DNA from: Gammaproteobacteria bacterium | GTDB lineage: Bacteria > Pseudomonadota > Gammaproteobacteria > Enterobacterales > Neiellaceae | Assembly: GCA_017425245.1 (NCBI GenBank) | Contig: JAFOOX010000053.1 | Coordinates: forward strand, 84,349 to 148,348 | Length of the DNA stretch: 64,000 bases | Reading direction: 5' to 3' | Part shown: one piece after another, positions 30,380-39,983 of the stretch | How the letters are laid out: every line of letters begins with the position of its first letter | How positions within the stretch are numbered: position 1 is the first letter of the stretch | Notes under the pieces: model-generated | What the model was told of the DNA's origin: nothing | Databases searched by the model: none | The model's input: only the letters and a program-made list of their open reading frames with translations | Position numbers and translations under genes: made by a program

Positions 30380-31606
30380 ATGAGAGACAAAAAAGTATGT
30401 GTCATTGGCTTGGGATATATCGGGTTGCCAACTGCGGCATTGCTTGCAACCAACGGCTATAATGTCGTTGGGGTTGATTTGAATCAGCACGCGGTAGATA
30501 CTATTAATAAGGGGCAGATTCATATTGTTGAACCTGATCTCGATGCCTTTGTACGTTCGGCGGTGTCGGCCAGCCGTCTAGCGGCCTTTACCAAGACGCA
30601 GCCAGGTGACATTTATGTTATCTGCGTGCCAACACCTTTTCATGAAAGCGAGGCTGTGCCAAGACCTAACGTCGACTATGTATTAGCTGCAACTCGCAGC
30701 TTGATACCTTTCGTGAAATCAGGTGATCTCGTTATCTTGGAATCGACATCGCCGGTGGGCACAACGGAATCTATAGCTCAAGTTCTTGCCGACGCCGGAG
30801 TTGACGTGGCAAGCATACACGTTGCTTATTGTCCAGAACGCGTGTTGCCTGGAAAGATTATGACGGAGTTAGTAGAGAACGACCGCATAGTTGGTGGTCT
30901 AACGCCAGCAGCGACACAGGCTGTGAGTGCCTTTTATCGCAGCTTTGTCCGTGGTGCGGTGCTCGAGACAGATGCGAAGACTGCCGAAATGTGTAAGCTA
31001 ACTGAGAACAGTTTTCGTGATGTTAACATTGCCTTTGCTAATGAACTATCGCTTATCTGCGAGAGGGAAGGTGTCGATGTCTGGAATCTTATCCGCTTAG
31101 CTAATCGCCATCCTAGGGTTAATATATTGCAACCGGGCGCAGGTGTTGGTGGCCATTGCATTGCAGTTGACCCATGGTTTATCGTTTCGCGAAATGAGAA
31201 AGTCGCTCGTTTAATTAGAACCGCACGCGAAGTCAACAATAGTAAAACTCAATGGGTGATAGAGCGCATAAAGACTGCTGCGGATGAAGCGCAAGATCTA
31301 CTGGGGCGTCAATTGGTCATAGCATGTCTGGGTCTCTCCTTTAAGCCAGACATAGACGATCTGCGGGAATCACCTGCAATGGCTATAGCGGAAAAACTAC
31401 TCGCCGATGGTTATAATGTTGTTGCGGTTGAACCAAATATTGAGAATCATGATATGTTCCAGCTTGTCTCACTCGATGATGCGTTGCATCGTGCGGACTT
31501 TTTTGTAATTCTCGTGCGCCATCGTGAGTTCATAGAGAGTAATGCAAAGCGAAAACTAGCTGACGCAAATGCTTTGGATTTTTGCGGAACATTGACATTA
31601 AGTTAA
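30380..31606 (+). CDS. wecC: UDP-N-acetyl-D-mannosamine/glucosamine 6-dehydrogenase (WecC/WbpA-like)
   Basis: UDP-glucose/GDP-mannose dehydrogenase family: N-terminal GLGYIGLPTA and a catalytic Cys region (GGHCIAVDP). Confidence 0.85.
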   Translation: MRDKKVCVIGLGYIGLPTAALLATNGYNVVGVDLNQHAVDTINKGQIHIVEPDLDAFVRSAVSASRLAAFTKTQPGDIYVICVPTPFHESEAVPRPNVDYVLAATRSLIPFVKSGDLVILESTSPVGTTESIAQVLADAGVDVASIHVAYCPERVLPGKIMTELVENDRIVGGLTPAATQAVSAFYRSFVRGAVLETDAKTAEMCKLTENSFRDVNIAFANELSLICEREGVDVWNLIRLANRHPRVNILQPGAGVGGHCIAVDPWFIVSRNEKVARLIRTAREVNNSKTQWVIERIKTAADEAQDLLGRQLVIACLGLSFKPDIDDLRESPAMAIAEKLLADGYNVVAVEPNIENHDMFQLVSLDDALHRADFFVILVRHREFIESNAKRKLADANALDFCGTLTLS

Positions 31607-31635
31607 ATTGTTGGCTGATTGTGGTTGATTTTTAA

Positions 31636-31660
31636 TTGGCTTGGCTTGGCTTGGCTTGGA
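31636..31660. repeat. Pentanucleotide microsatellite (TTGGC)4 + TTGGA
   Basis: Direct reading of the sequence. It lies in the intergenic region after wecC. Confidence 0.9.
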
Positions 31661-32185
31661 ATGATTTGGCCCACCAATCACGGACACCTCACTAAGCGAT
31701 AAACTGCCGCAAACCTAGGTGACCCATGACCAAGCCTACTGGCCCCAAGAAACCAGGGGGCGTCAACTGCAAACGACTACATCCCTGAGTAAAGGCCGAT
31801 GCGCTGAAATTGGCTTAGCGGGTGGGTGAGGCCATAAACTTGAGCCTTGTTTTGTTCTTGAGTTGCTGGCCAGCCAGCGAGGGGCCGATGCTCTTGCCGT
31901 CTGTACGTTAGCTAGGCCGTCCCGTAGATGGAAGGAGCCATCACATGCCTTGGCTGTGAAGGCCTGAGCCAACAGCAGATCCTGCTCTATCCTCTGATGC
32001 GAGCTTTGCGCGCAGGGCCATCCTAATTCACCTCATCGTCTCTATGAACATATTTGTGCCATCGCCGATACTCGCCAGTCTGCCAGAATCAGTTATCCGT
32101 TGTTCAATATCCTTGTCTCCCCGTCGCCGCTGTCATCACCGGTTGTAAGGGTTGGGAAGACATCGAGGATTTCGGGCTCGAACGC

Positions 32186-33358
32186 CTAAATAACTGATCC
32201 CAACTCTGCTACACCTTGGCCATCGCGTGGCGGTTACCCGGGAAAGGCGAAGCCGTGCGTAGGAAGCGCTTCACTGCAACCAGCAGACTATCCAATGAGC
32301 GGTGCTGGTGGTTGCGGGTGACGGTGTCATGCATTGCTTTCCACAACCGCTCGATGCGGTTGACCCACGGGTGGTAGGCCGGCTGGAACAGGCAAACAAA
32401 CTGCGGATGACGCGCCAGCCAGGCAAAGGTTTCTCGGCTCTTGTGGATGATGTAGTTATCCAGCACTAGCGTGATGCGCTCCGCCTCCCGGTAGCGGCGC
32501 TTGAGCGCCTTCAGCAGGTCAATGAACAGCCCCGAGCATTTGCTGTCACCGTAACGGACGGTCACTTTCCCGGTGGTCGCGCACAGTGCGCCAGCCACGT
32601 AATGCTTGCGATTTTGCCCCGGTGTGGGAACGCGCTTCTGGGCACTGCGGCGCATCCAGTCGGCGCCGATGCGCGGGTTGAGATCGATGTCGGCCTCGTC
32701 GACGAACAACACCGGGTGGGTCGTGGATGCCTGCTTCAGCGCCTCGGCAATGTCTGCCAATTTCTGTTCTTTATCAGGTGCTTTGATGCAGAGCGTGGGG
32801 CATGCGCGGCGATAGACGATGCCAAATTCACGGAGCAGGCGCCGAATGGTTGATGGGTGAATGAAATCGCGGGCATGGTCGTGGATCACCTTGGCCATTA
32901 GCTCGGAACTCCAGCGGCTGCGCTGGTAATTCCAGTCTCGGGGCGATGTATCCACCAGGGCCAGCAAGAAGGTCGCGAGCTTGTCCCGGCACAACCTGCG
33001 CCGCCGTCCCGTTGTGCCATTGCGCAGTCCGTCCAGACCATCGGTGAGGAACCGCTGGCGCCAACGATTCACTGACGAGCGGGCCGCGCCTAACAGGCGA
33101 GCGATGGCGGAGACGCTGTGGCCCTTAACGAGCATGGCGATGGCTACCAGACGGCGATGCTCGTTGGCCGCTTTCACAATTCTGAGACGTCGGCAGAGAT
33201 CTGGGGAGAGGTCTTCTGGCAGTGCTGATAGCATGACGTGGGCTCGGCTTGATGGAGGGGTTGGTGTGGATTCGCAACCGATCTGATCGCCGAAATCAGG
33301 CCGAGTTCCCTCCCTCAAGTGATCTACTGTTCGGAACAGCTATTTAGAATGGCTTAAC
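32186..33358 (-). mobile_element. IS630-family (Tc1/mariner-like) insertion sequence, ~1.17 kb with imperfect ~19-bp TIRs (CTAAATARCTGWTCCSAAC), inserted inside the ISAs1 remnant
   Basis: Left end is ctaaataactgatcccaac. The reverse complement of the right end is ctaaatagctgttccgaac. It encloses one transposase gene. Confidence 0.75.
32209..33234 (-). CDS. IS630-family DDE transposase (342 aa)
   Basis: N-terminal HTH region (KGHSVSAIARLLGAARSSVNRWRQRF) and a DD(34)E-type catalytic region (VLFVDEADIDLNP .. LVLDNYIIHKS). ATG 33234 was chosen. Confidence 0.85.
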   Translation of the reverse strand: MLSALPEDLSPDLCRRLRIVKAANEHRRLVAIAMLVKGHSVSAIARLLGAARSSVNRWRQRFLTDGLDGLRNGTTGRRRRLCRDKLATFLLALVDTSPRDWNYQRSRWSSELMAKVIHDHARDFIHPSTIRRLLREFGIVYRRACPTLCIKAPDKEQKLADIAEALKQASTTHPVLFVDEADIDLNPRIGADWMRRSAQKRVPTPGQNRKHYVAGALCATTGKVTVRYGDSKCSGLFIDLLKALKRRYREAERITLVLDNYIIHKSRETFAWLARHPQFVCLFQPAYHPWVNRIERLWKAMHDTVTRNHQHRSLDSLLVAVKRFLRTASPFPGNRHAMAKV

Positions 33359-34278
33359 AAATTTGGCATGTTCTCAGAGGGCATTCCGACCCACGACACC
33401 ATCGCCCGGGTGATCAGCCGCATTGAATCCAAAGCGATGCAAAGCGCGTTTGTAGGCTAGATGCAGGACGCAGTGCAGAGGACCGATGGCGAGGTGGTCG
33501 TGATTGATGGCAAGACCCTGTGCAGCAGCTACTGGCCCGGAGAGCGCAAGTCCGCCATTCATATGCTGAGCGCCTTTGCCACCGCCAATGGCGTGGTCAT
33601 GGGGCCGGTCAAAACCGGCGAGAAGTCGGGTGAATATCAGGCGATCCCGGAGTTACTGAAGCTGCTGGAGATCAAAGGCTGCTATGTGGTGATTGCCGAG
33701 GCGATTTTGGCGCGCAAGGCGGATTACCTGCTGGCTGTCAAAGGCAGCCAGCCCAATCTGCGGGCGAGCATCCAGGCGGCTTTTCGGAGCACCGATGTGG
33801 TGACGGAAGTCACCATGAGGTGCCAGTACGGCCGTACAGAATATTGAGAATACAGGGTGTTATCGGCAAACATGGTGCCTGCATAGGTCCGCAGCCAATG
33901 GCCTGAGTTGACGTTGATTGGAGAAGCGACCAGTTGTCGGAATGATGGGTGTATGGAGTCGCTGGAACGGCGTTACTACATCAGTTCGGCCGACTTGAGC
34001 GCGTAGCGGTTTTCCCAAGCGGTGCGTAGCCACTGGGGCATCGAGAACCAACTGCATTGGTTGCTGGATATCGCCGCGTGAAGATGATTGCATGATTTCC
34101 CGTGGCGAGGCACCGGCCAATCTGGCGTGTGCTCGGCATATCGCATTGAATTTGTTGAGAGCTGAGAAGAGCAAAAAGCGAGGCGTGAAAGGGAAGCAGC
34201 GCGGTGACTGCATGTCCACCGACTACTTTGAACAGGTACTCGGTGTATGAAAAATGTTCACGCTCTCGCCCTAGGTCG

Positions 34279-34316
34279 CTCCCCCACCTGAGCTACTGTT
34301 TGGAACAGTTAGTTAG
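34279..34316. repeat. Solo 38-bp copy (about 80% identity) of the IS630 right-end region at 33321-33358
   Basis: ctcccccacctgagctactgtttggaacagttagttag versus ctccctcaagtgatctactgttcggaacagctatttag. It lies 20 bp after the ISAs1-remnant stop. Confidence 0.7.
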
Positions 34317-34411
34317 TTTGAGGGACGCACAGTGTGGGATAAGGTTTTCCATTGTGGGATACTATATAATTAACCTCGGATTAAACAGTTGATTAGAGGG
34401 TGGCTTCGCTA

Positions 34412-35299
34412 ATGGCTGGAAGATTGATGGTTACTGGCTGTTCTGGTCAGGTCGGGCGTTATCTGGTTCAACAGGCCGCTATCGGAGGGTGGACTATAGC
34501 GTCGTTCGATCGCGAACAACTAGATATTACAGATTTCGTGCTAGTAGAGCAGGCAGTTAAAAAATTCAAGCCAGATGTGATAATTAATGCGGCTGCGTAT
34601 ACAGCTGTTGATAAAGCCGAATCAGAAGTCAGTCATTCCTATGCTGCCAACTGTGATGGTCCCGCGAATCTTGCTAATGCAGCAAGAGTCAATGGGGCTG
34701 TCATTATTCACATCTCGACTGACTATGTGTTTTCAGGGGATAAAGCTGGCCCGTATGCCGAAGGTGATTTGGTTTGCCCCCTAGGGGTGTATGGGGCTTC
34801 AAAATTAGCCGGCGAAATGGCGGTTTCTGAAAATTGTGCCCGACACATAATTTTGCGTACTGCATGGGTTTTTGGTGAGTATGGAAATAATTTCGTCAAA
34901 ACAATGTTGCGCATTGGTTCGCAGCGGTGTCACTTGGGAGTAGTCGCGGACCAATTTGGTGGACCAACTTATGCTGGTGATGCTGCTGCTGCGTTACTTA
35001 TCATGGCTAGATATACCCTTGAGTCAGGATTTGAACAGTGGGGGATTTATCATTTCTCAGGAGCGCCTTATGTTAGTTGGCATGACTTCGCTTCGACTAT
35101 TTTTGATAAGGCGGTTGCACAAGGTTTGATGGCTAATGTTCCTCGAGTTGATTCAATCATATCTGCAGATTATCCTACTCCAGCTAGACGCCCCGCTAAT
35201 TCATGCTTGGATTGTTCGCGCATTTTGAGCGTATTTGGAATAACTCCTAGTGATTGGGGGGCTGCTCTTTCTAATCTTGGTCCTTACATGCCGGCTTAA
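34412..35299 (+). CDS. rmlD: dTDP-4-dehydrorhamnose reductase
   Basis: RmlD-like sequence (Rossmann GCSGQVG; YAASK catalytic region GVYGASKLAGE). The track ORF starts at GTG 34400; ATG 34412 has an RBS. Confidence 0.85.
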   Translation: MAGRLMVTGCSGQVGRYLVQQAAIGGWTIASFDREQLDITDFVLVEQAVKKFKPDVIINAAAYTAVDKAESEVSHSYAANCDGPANLANAARVNGAVIIHISTDYVFSGDKAGPYAEGDLVCPLGVYGASKLAGEMAVSENCARHIILRTAWVFGEYGNNFVKTMLRIGSQRCHLGVVADQFGGPTYAGDAAAALLIMARYTLESGFEQWGIYHFSGAPYVSWHDFASTIFDKAVAQGLMANVPRVDSIISADYPTPARRPANSCLDCSRILSVFGITPSDWGAALSNLGPYMPA

Positions 35300-35348
35300 G
35301 AGAATAATGCTGAGCCGATATTTATATGTTGCAGGGGAGCGCTAGAAC

Positions 35349-36239
35349 ATGAAAGGAATTATTCTTGCCGGGGGCAATGGAACAAGGCTACATCCGGCTA
35401 CAATTGGCGTCAATAAGCAGTTGCTGCCGGTTTATGATAAGCCAATGATCTATTATCCGCTTACGACCTTGATGCTGGCGGGTATTCGCGAGATTCTTAT
35501 TATCAGTACACCAGGCGATCAATCTACTTACCAGCGCATTTTGGGTGATGGCCATCATTGGGGAATCAGTATTCAGTACGCGGAGCAGCCTAGCCCGGAT
35601 GGACTTGCTCAGGCTTTTTTGATTGGCGAGCAGTTTATCGGAGAAGATTCGGTTTGTCTGATTCTGGGGGACAACATTTTTCATGGTCATGGCCTAACGG
35701 AAATGTTGCAGCGTGCTGCTGGCCAAACTCAAGGGGCAACGGTCTTTGGCTATTATGTCCAGGACCCTGAGCGTTACGGGGTGGTTGAGTTCGACAAAAA
35801 TGGTCAAGCTGTTTCAATTGAGGAAAAGCCGGCCAAGCCTAAATCACACTATGCCGTTACCGGGCTCTATTTTTACGATAACCACGTCGTCGAGATCGCA
35901 AAAAATGTAAAGCCCTCTCTTCGCGGGGAGCTCGAGATTACTGACGTCAATAATGAGTATCTGCGGCGCGGTCAGTTGCGGGTGGAGCGGATGGGGCGAG
36001 GTTCCGCGTGGCTGGACACTGGCACTCACGATTCGTTGTTGGATGCGGCAATATTCATCAGGGTCTTGGAGAAACGCCAAGGTCAAAAGGTTGCATCGCC
36101 GGAAGAAACTGCATTCCGAATGGGCTTCATCGATGGCGATCAACTACGCTCTTTGGCGAAGCCACTAGTTAAAAGTGGTTACGGCGCCTATTTGATGGGG
36201 GTTTTGGCTGACGAGCATCGAAAGGAAGAGATAGAATGA
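35349..36239 (+). CDS. rmlA: Glucose-1-phosphate thymidylyltransferase
   Basis: [18 protein letters not shown].. signature N-terminus. Confidence 0.95.
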   Translation: MKGIILAGGNGTRLHPATIGVNKQLLPVYDKPMIYYPLTTLMLAGIREILIISTPGDQSTYQRILGDGHHWGISIQYAEQPSPDGLAQAFLIGEQFIGEDSVCLILGDNIFHGHGLTEMLQRAAGQTQGATVFGYYVQDPERYGVVEFDKNGQAVSIEEKPAKPKSHYAVTGLYFYDNHVVEIAKNVKPSLRGELEITDVNNEYLRRGQLRVERMGRGSAWLDTGTHDSLLDAAIFIRVLEKRQGQKVASPEETAFRMGFIDGDQLRSLAKPLVKSGYGAYLMGVLADEHRKEEIE

Positions 36240-36784
36240 ATGTTGTTGATGCTGCTATTCCTGATATAAAAATAATTGAACCGAAAGTCTTTGGTGATGA
36301 GCGCGGTTTCTTTATGGAGACTTGGCGCCAGGACTGGTTTGATTTGAATGTCGCCGAATGTAAGTTTGTTCAGGACAACCATTCAAAATCTCGCAAAGGA
36401 ATTTTACGTGGTCTGCACTATCAGCTAGAAAATACTCAGGGCAAGCTCGTCAGGGTCGTTGCTGGAGAGGTGTATGATGTGGCGGTCGATATGCGCCGTA
36501 GTTCCCCGACCTTTGGTCATTGGGTAGGCATTGTCCTTTCAGCTGAGAATAAGCGGCAGCTATGGGTGCCCGAGGGCTTTGCTCATGGATTCTATGTAAC
36601 CAGTGAAGTTGCTGAGTTTGTCTATAGATGTACTGACTACTACAACCCTGCGGCAGAACAGAGTGTGCGCTGGGATGACCCAGAGCTTGCGATTGCATGG
36701 CCGTTAGTCAACGACGCGGCGCCAGAGCTCTCGGCTAAAGATGCGGCAGGCTGCTTTTTTAAAGACGCAGTTACATTTCTATAA
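36236..36784 (+). CDS. rmlC: dTDP-4-dehydrorhamnose 3,5-epimerase
   Basis: RmlC cupin sequence ([12 protein letters not shown].., RGLHYQ). It overlaps the rmlA stop. Confidence 0.9.
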   Translation: MNVVDAAIPDIKIIEPKVFGDERGFFMETWRQDWFDLNVAECKFVQDNHSKSRKGILRGLHYQLENTQGKLVRVVAGEVYDVAVDMRRSSPTFGHWVGIVLSAENKRQLWVPEGFAHGFYVTSEVAEFVYRCTDYYNPAAEQSVRWDDPELAIAWPLVNDAAPELSAKDAAGCFFKDAVTFL

Positions 36785-36801
36785 TTTGGGCTGAGCGAAA
36801 A

Positions 36802-37869
36802 ATGAGAAAAATTTTGGTCACGGGCGGTGCCGGGTTTATCGGTGCGAATTTCGTTCATTACTGGATGGCGCACCACCCTGGCGACCGTATGGTCGTGATG
36901 GACGCGCTAACATATGCGGGCAATGTCCAAACACTTAAGACTTTGTTTGACAACCCGGCTTTTCGGTTTGTTAAGGGTAACATCTGCAACACTGAGTTGG
37001 TTGAGTTGCTGTTACGGGAAGAGGGTATTGATACTATCGTACACTTTGCAGCAGAGTCGCACGTTGACCGGTCTATTGCCGGGCCAGACGCTTTTATCGA
37101 AACTAATATCATCGGCACTCATAGCTTATTGAAGGCAGCGCGTGCTGTGTGGTTGGCTGATCCGCACAACCCACTGCCCCATCGCTTTCATCATGTGTCT
37201 ACTGATGAGGTCTACGGTACGCTGTCACCAACCGACCCAGCGTTCACTGAAGAAACAGCCTATGCGCCTAATTCACCGTATTCGGCCTCCAAAGCTGCCT
37301 CTGATCATCTGGTGAGAGCCTATCTGCATACCTATGGTTTGCAAGTTACCACCAGTAACTGCTCAAACAACTACGGTTACTATCATTTCCCTGAAAAGCT
37401 CATCCCACTGTGTTTGACAAACATTTTGGATGGCAAGCCATTGCCTATTTATGGGGATGGTAAGCAAATTCGTGACTGGTTGTTTGTTGAAGATCACTGT
37501 CGCGGCATTGAATTGGTATTGGAAAAGGGTGTGGTTGGTGAGACGTATAATATTGGCGGTGTGAACGAGTGGCAGAACATCGACATTGTTAACTTGCTTT
37601 GCAATTTGTTAGATAGAGAGTTCGAAGCGGATGTGGTCCTTAGTAAACGATATCCTGCCTCGCCCTACAGTAGAGGCTTAAGCGCCAAGTCATTGATCAC
37701 CTACGTGACTGATCGTGCCGGTCACGACCGTCGTTATGCGGTTGGCACTGATAAGATTCGTTCGGAGCTGGGGTATTATCCCCACGAAACGTTCGAGACC
37801 GGTATCGCAAAAACCATTAAGTGGTACTTGGCTAACGAATCCTGGTGGCGTCCTCTCAAAAAGGGCTGA
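36802..37869 (+). CDS. rmlB: dTDP-glucose 4,6-dehydratase
   Basis: [18 protein letters not shown] Rossmann N-terminus and YSASKAASD catalytic motif. Confidence 0.95.
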   Translation: MRKILVTGGAGFIGANFVHYWMAHHPGDRMVVMDALTYAGNVQTLKTLFDNPAFRFVKGNICNTELVELLLREEGIDTIVHFAAESHVDRSIAGPDAFIETNIIGTHSLLKAARAVWLADPHNPLPHRFHHVSTDEVYGTLSPTDPAFTEETAYAPNSPYSASKAASDHLVRAYLHTYGLQVTTSNCSNNYGYYHFPEKLIPLCLTNILDGKPLPIYGDGKQIRDWLFVEDHCRGIELVLEKGVVGETYNIGGVNEWQNIDIVNLLCNLLDREFEADVVLSKRYPASPYSRGLSAKSLITYVTDRAGHDRRYAVGTDKIRSELGYYPHETFETGIAKTIKWYLANESWWRPLKKG

Positions 37870-37888
37870 GCCGCTCTCTTGTCATAAA

Positions 37889-38236
37889 TTGCTACATCGT
37901 GAGGTGTACCGCCCTTGGGGCAAGTACGACGCGATCGACAATGGTGGCCGCTATCAAGTCAAACGCATCACTGTGAAGCCGGGTGCCAAGTTGAGTGTGC
38001 AGATGCACCATCACCGCGCTGAACACTGGATCGTGGTGTCCGGCACGGCCAAGGTCACCAATGGTGACAAGGTGATCCTGCTGACCGAGAACGAGTCCAC
38101 CTACATCCCGGTTGGTGTGGTTCATGCCCTTGAGAACCCTGGCAAGATCCCGCTGGAGCTGATCGAAGTGCAGAGCGGTGCCTACCTCGGTGAAGACGAC
38201 ATCGTGCGCTTTGAGGATAAGTACGGCCGCGCTTAG
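37889..38236 (+). pseudogene. manC: 5'-truncated remnant (C-terminal ~115 aa cupin domain) of mannose-1-phosphate guanylyltransferase/mannose-6-phosphate isomerase ManC
   Basis: The translation (..[84 protein letters not shown]) matches only the ManC C-terminus. No N-terminal nucleotidyltransferase domain is present upstream; rmlB abuts instead. Confidence 0.8.
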
Positions 38237-38237
38237 G

Positions 38238-38500
38238 CGCCTCTGATTCCCCACTTTGTAAAAGGGGGGCGAGGGGGGATTTTCTGAGATCTGAAAAATC
38301 CCCCTGTATCCCCCTTTGCCAAAGGGGGAGAAAGCAGTGTCTTTGCCAAATATAAGGGCAGTGGCATTGCCGAAGGTGATCGCTGAGCCTGTCTGCTGTC
38401 TGATCCCCCACTTTGTAAAAGGGGGGCGGGGGGGATTTCTGAGACTTGGAAAATCCCCCTGTATCCCCCTTTGCCAAAGGGGGAGAAGGCAATGGCGTTG
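38238..38500. repeat. Two further copies (38238-38345 and 38395-38500) of the ~115-bp structured repeat seen at 7747-7975, in the same orientation
   Basis: Near-identical hairpin modules (ccccactttgtaaaagggggg; gggggattttctgaga..gaaaaatcccc; ccccctttgccaaaggggg). Confidence 0.9.
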
Positions 38501-38540
38501 CCAACGGCTGAGAAGACGGTGGTTTTGCCCTGCCAACTAG

Positions 38541-38567
38541 CTTCACCTATCTTTCTCGCATCTCGCC
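38541..38567 (+). repeat. Short version of the cttcacctatctt-(TCGCATC)n leader element, with about 2 heptamer units, upstream of the hipA-like gene
   Basis: gcttcacctatctttctcgcatctcgc shares about 27 bp with 40403-40430 but has fewer heptamer units. Confidence 0.7.
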
Positions 38568-38636
38568 TGAGCAAAATCTTGCTCATTCTTCCTCGTCAAG
38601 CTAGCCTTTGAGCATTATTTTTCTCATCTTGCGGCT

Positions 38637-39983
38637 ATGCATCTCACCATACAGTTACATCACGGCGGCAAGTGGCAGGACGCAGCAACAATTGCTGTGC
38701 CCTTTCCGGAGCGCGGGCGGCAGGGACCGATGCGCCTCGGCTATCTGCAGGAGCATGCCCTGGAGTGGATGTTTCGCGATGATGAGCACGCTTGCAGCAT
38801 GCGTTTGCCGGTCGAGCTGATGCTCAACCACAGCAGTAGCGCGTGGTTTGCCTTTATTGACGACATCATGCCGGCTGGTGCCGCGCGCCGGTATTGGCTG
38901 CAGGCGCTGGGGTTGGTGGATAAACCCTCTGGCCTGCAGGATTGGGAGCTGTTGCGGCGGGGAACCATCGCGCCTGTGGGGAACATGCGCATCAAAGAAG
39001 CTGTGCCCACCTTGCCCGTCGGCAGCAACCTGCCGCAGCGGCGTTTTACCATCGCCGAGGTTGTGGAGCGGCAGGGCGACTTTCTTGAATATGCGCAGCA
39101 GTTGGGGGCCCTGAGCGGCGGCGCAACCGGGGCCGGTGGCGAGGCACCCAAGTTGTTGTTGCGCTGCACAGCCGATCACCACGTGTGGATCGATCCCTTC
39201 CAGGATGATGATGTCTGTGATGATCGCCATTACTTGGTGAAGTTTCCGCGTGGCCAGCGTAGCGCCATCGACTGCGACATCCTGCGCGCCGAGTTTCACT
39301 ATTACCAAGAGCTGGCGGCACTGGGCATCGACACCATTGCTACAGCGGGGATGCAGTTGCATGAAGGCAGCCGCTATCCATCGTTGTGGTTGCCACGTTT
39401 TGATGTTGAGTGGCAGCAGGGCCGGTTGCTGAGACACGGGCTCGAATCGATCTATGCGGTGCTGGGTAAAGCCCCCGGTAGTCACCTTAACCACTTCACC
39501 ACGCTGCGTTTGTTGGTGGCGATGCTGGGGCGACAGTGGCGTGTCAGTGAAAACGGTGAACGCTTTGATCAGCAACGCTTCATCAGCAGCTGGCTACAGC
39601 GCGACTTGCTCAACATCATCTTTGGCAATAGCGACAACCATGGACGCAACTGCGCCTTGCTCAAGAAGCCTTCCGGGATTTGGCTGGCGCCAGTCTATGA
39701 CTTTGCGCCGATGAAGGCGGATCCTGAGGGGATCATTCGCAGCAGCCAATGGGGGGCGCCGTTCGAAGAGGGCGGGGAGTATCGCTGGCGGTCAATTACT
39801 GCCGAGCTGGCAGACATCGCTGATAGCGAGCGCCTGTGGCTGGACCTTCAGGGGTTGGCGAGCCAGCTGATCGGGCTGCCTCAGCGCTTGGCTGAGCGCG
39901 GTGTACCGCAGCAGATCCTTGATTTCCCTGCCATTGGATTGGCCGCCACCGAAGCCAAACTGCAACGCTGGGGGTTGCTATGA
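38637..39983 (+). CDS. HipA-family serine/threonine kinase (toxin-like)
   Basis: 448 aa, similar in size to HipA. It has a HipA-like N-terminal domain, a P-loop-like SGGATGAGGEAPKLL, and a catalytic-loop-like GNSDNHGRN (compare GNTDDHLKN of HipA). Confidence 0.65.
   Translation: MHLTIQLHHGGKWQDAATIAVPFPERGRQGPMRLGYLQEHALEWMFRDDEHACSMRLPVELMLNHSSSAWFAFIDDIMPAGAARRYWLQALGLVDKPSGLQDWELLRRGTIAPVGNMRIKEAVPTLPVGSNLPQRRFTIAEVVERQGDFLEYAQQLGALSGGATGAGGEAPKLLLRCTADHHVWIDPFQDDDVCDDRHYLVKFPRGQRSAIDCDILRAEFHYYQELAALGIDTIATAGMQLHEGSRYPSLWLPRFDVEWQQGRLLRHGLESIYAVLGKAPGSHLNHFTTLRLLVAMLGRQWRVSENGERFDQQRFISSWLQRDLLNIIFGNSDNHGRNCALLKKPSGIWLAPVYDFAPMKADPEGIIRSSQWGAPFEEGGEYRWRSITAELADIADSERLWLDLQGLASQLIGLPQRLAERGVPQQILDFPAIGLAATEAKLQRWGLL

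Larger units (their letters stand above)
32045..34258 (+). pseudogene. Degenerate ISAs1-family (H-repeat-type) transposase gene, frameshifted, with an internal stop, split by a nested IS630-family insertion
   Basis: Translated segments match ISAs1-family transposases (VAAVITGCKGWEDIEDFG; FSEGIPTHDTIARV; AIHMLSAFATANGVVMGPVKTGEKSGEYQAIPELLKLLEIKGCYV..; C-terminal KKRGVKGKQRGDCMSTDYFEQVLGV), with at least one in-frame stop and frame changes. Confidence 0.75.

Noticed and set aside
31607-32044. Possible gene in the 440-bp gap after wecC
   Set aside because: Only short ORFs of 69 aa or less with no signatures are present. The region contains a microsatellite and looks like decayed sequence adjacent to the IS remnant.
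38655-39575. 306-aa minus-strand ORF inside the hipA-like gene; also 40571-41368 (-) inside the MBL gene and 43614-45014 (-) inside the lipoprotein gene
   Set aside because: They are antisense to ORFs with recognisable motifs, are Gln/Arg/Ala-rich and low in complexity, and have no RBS.
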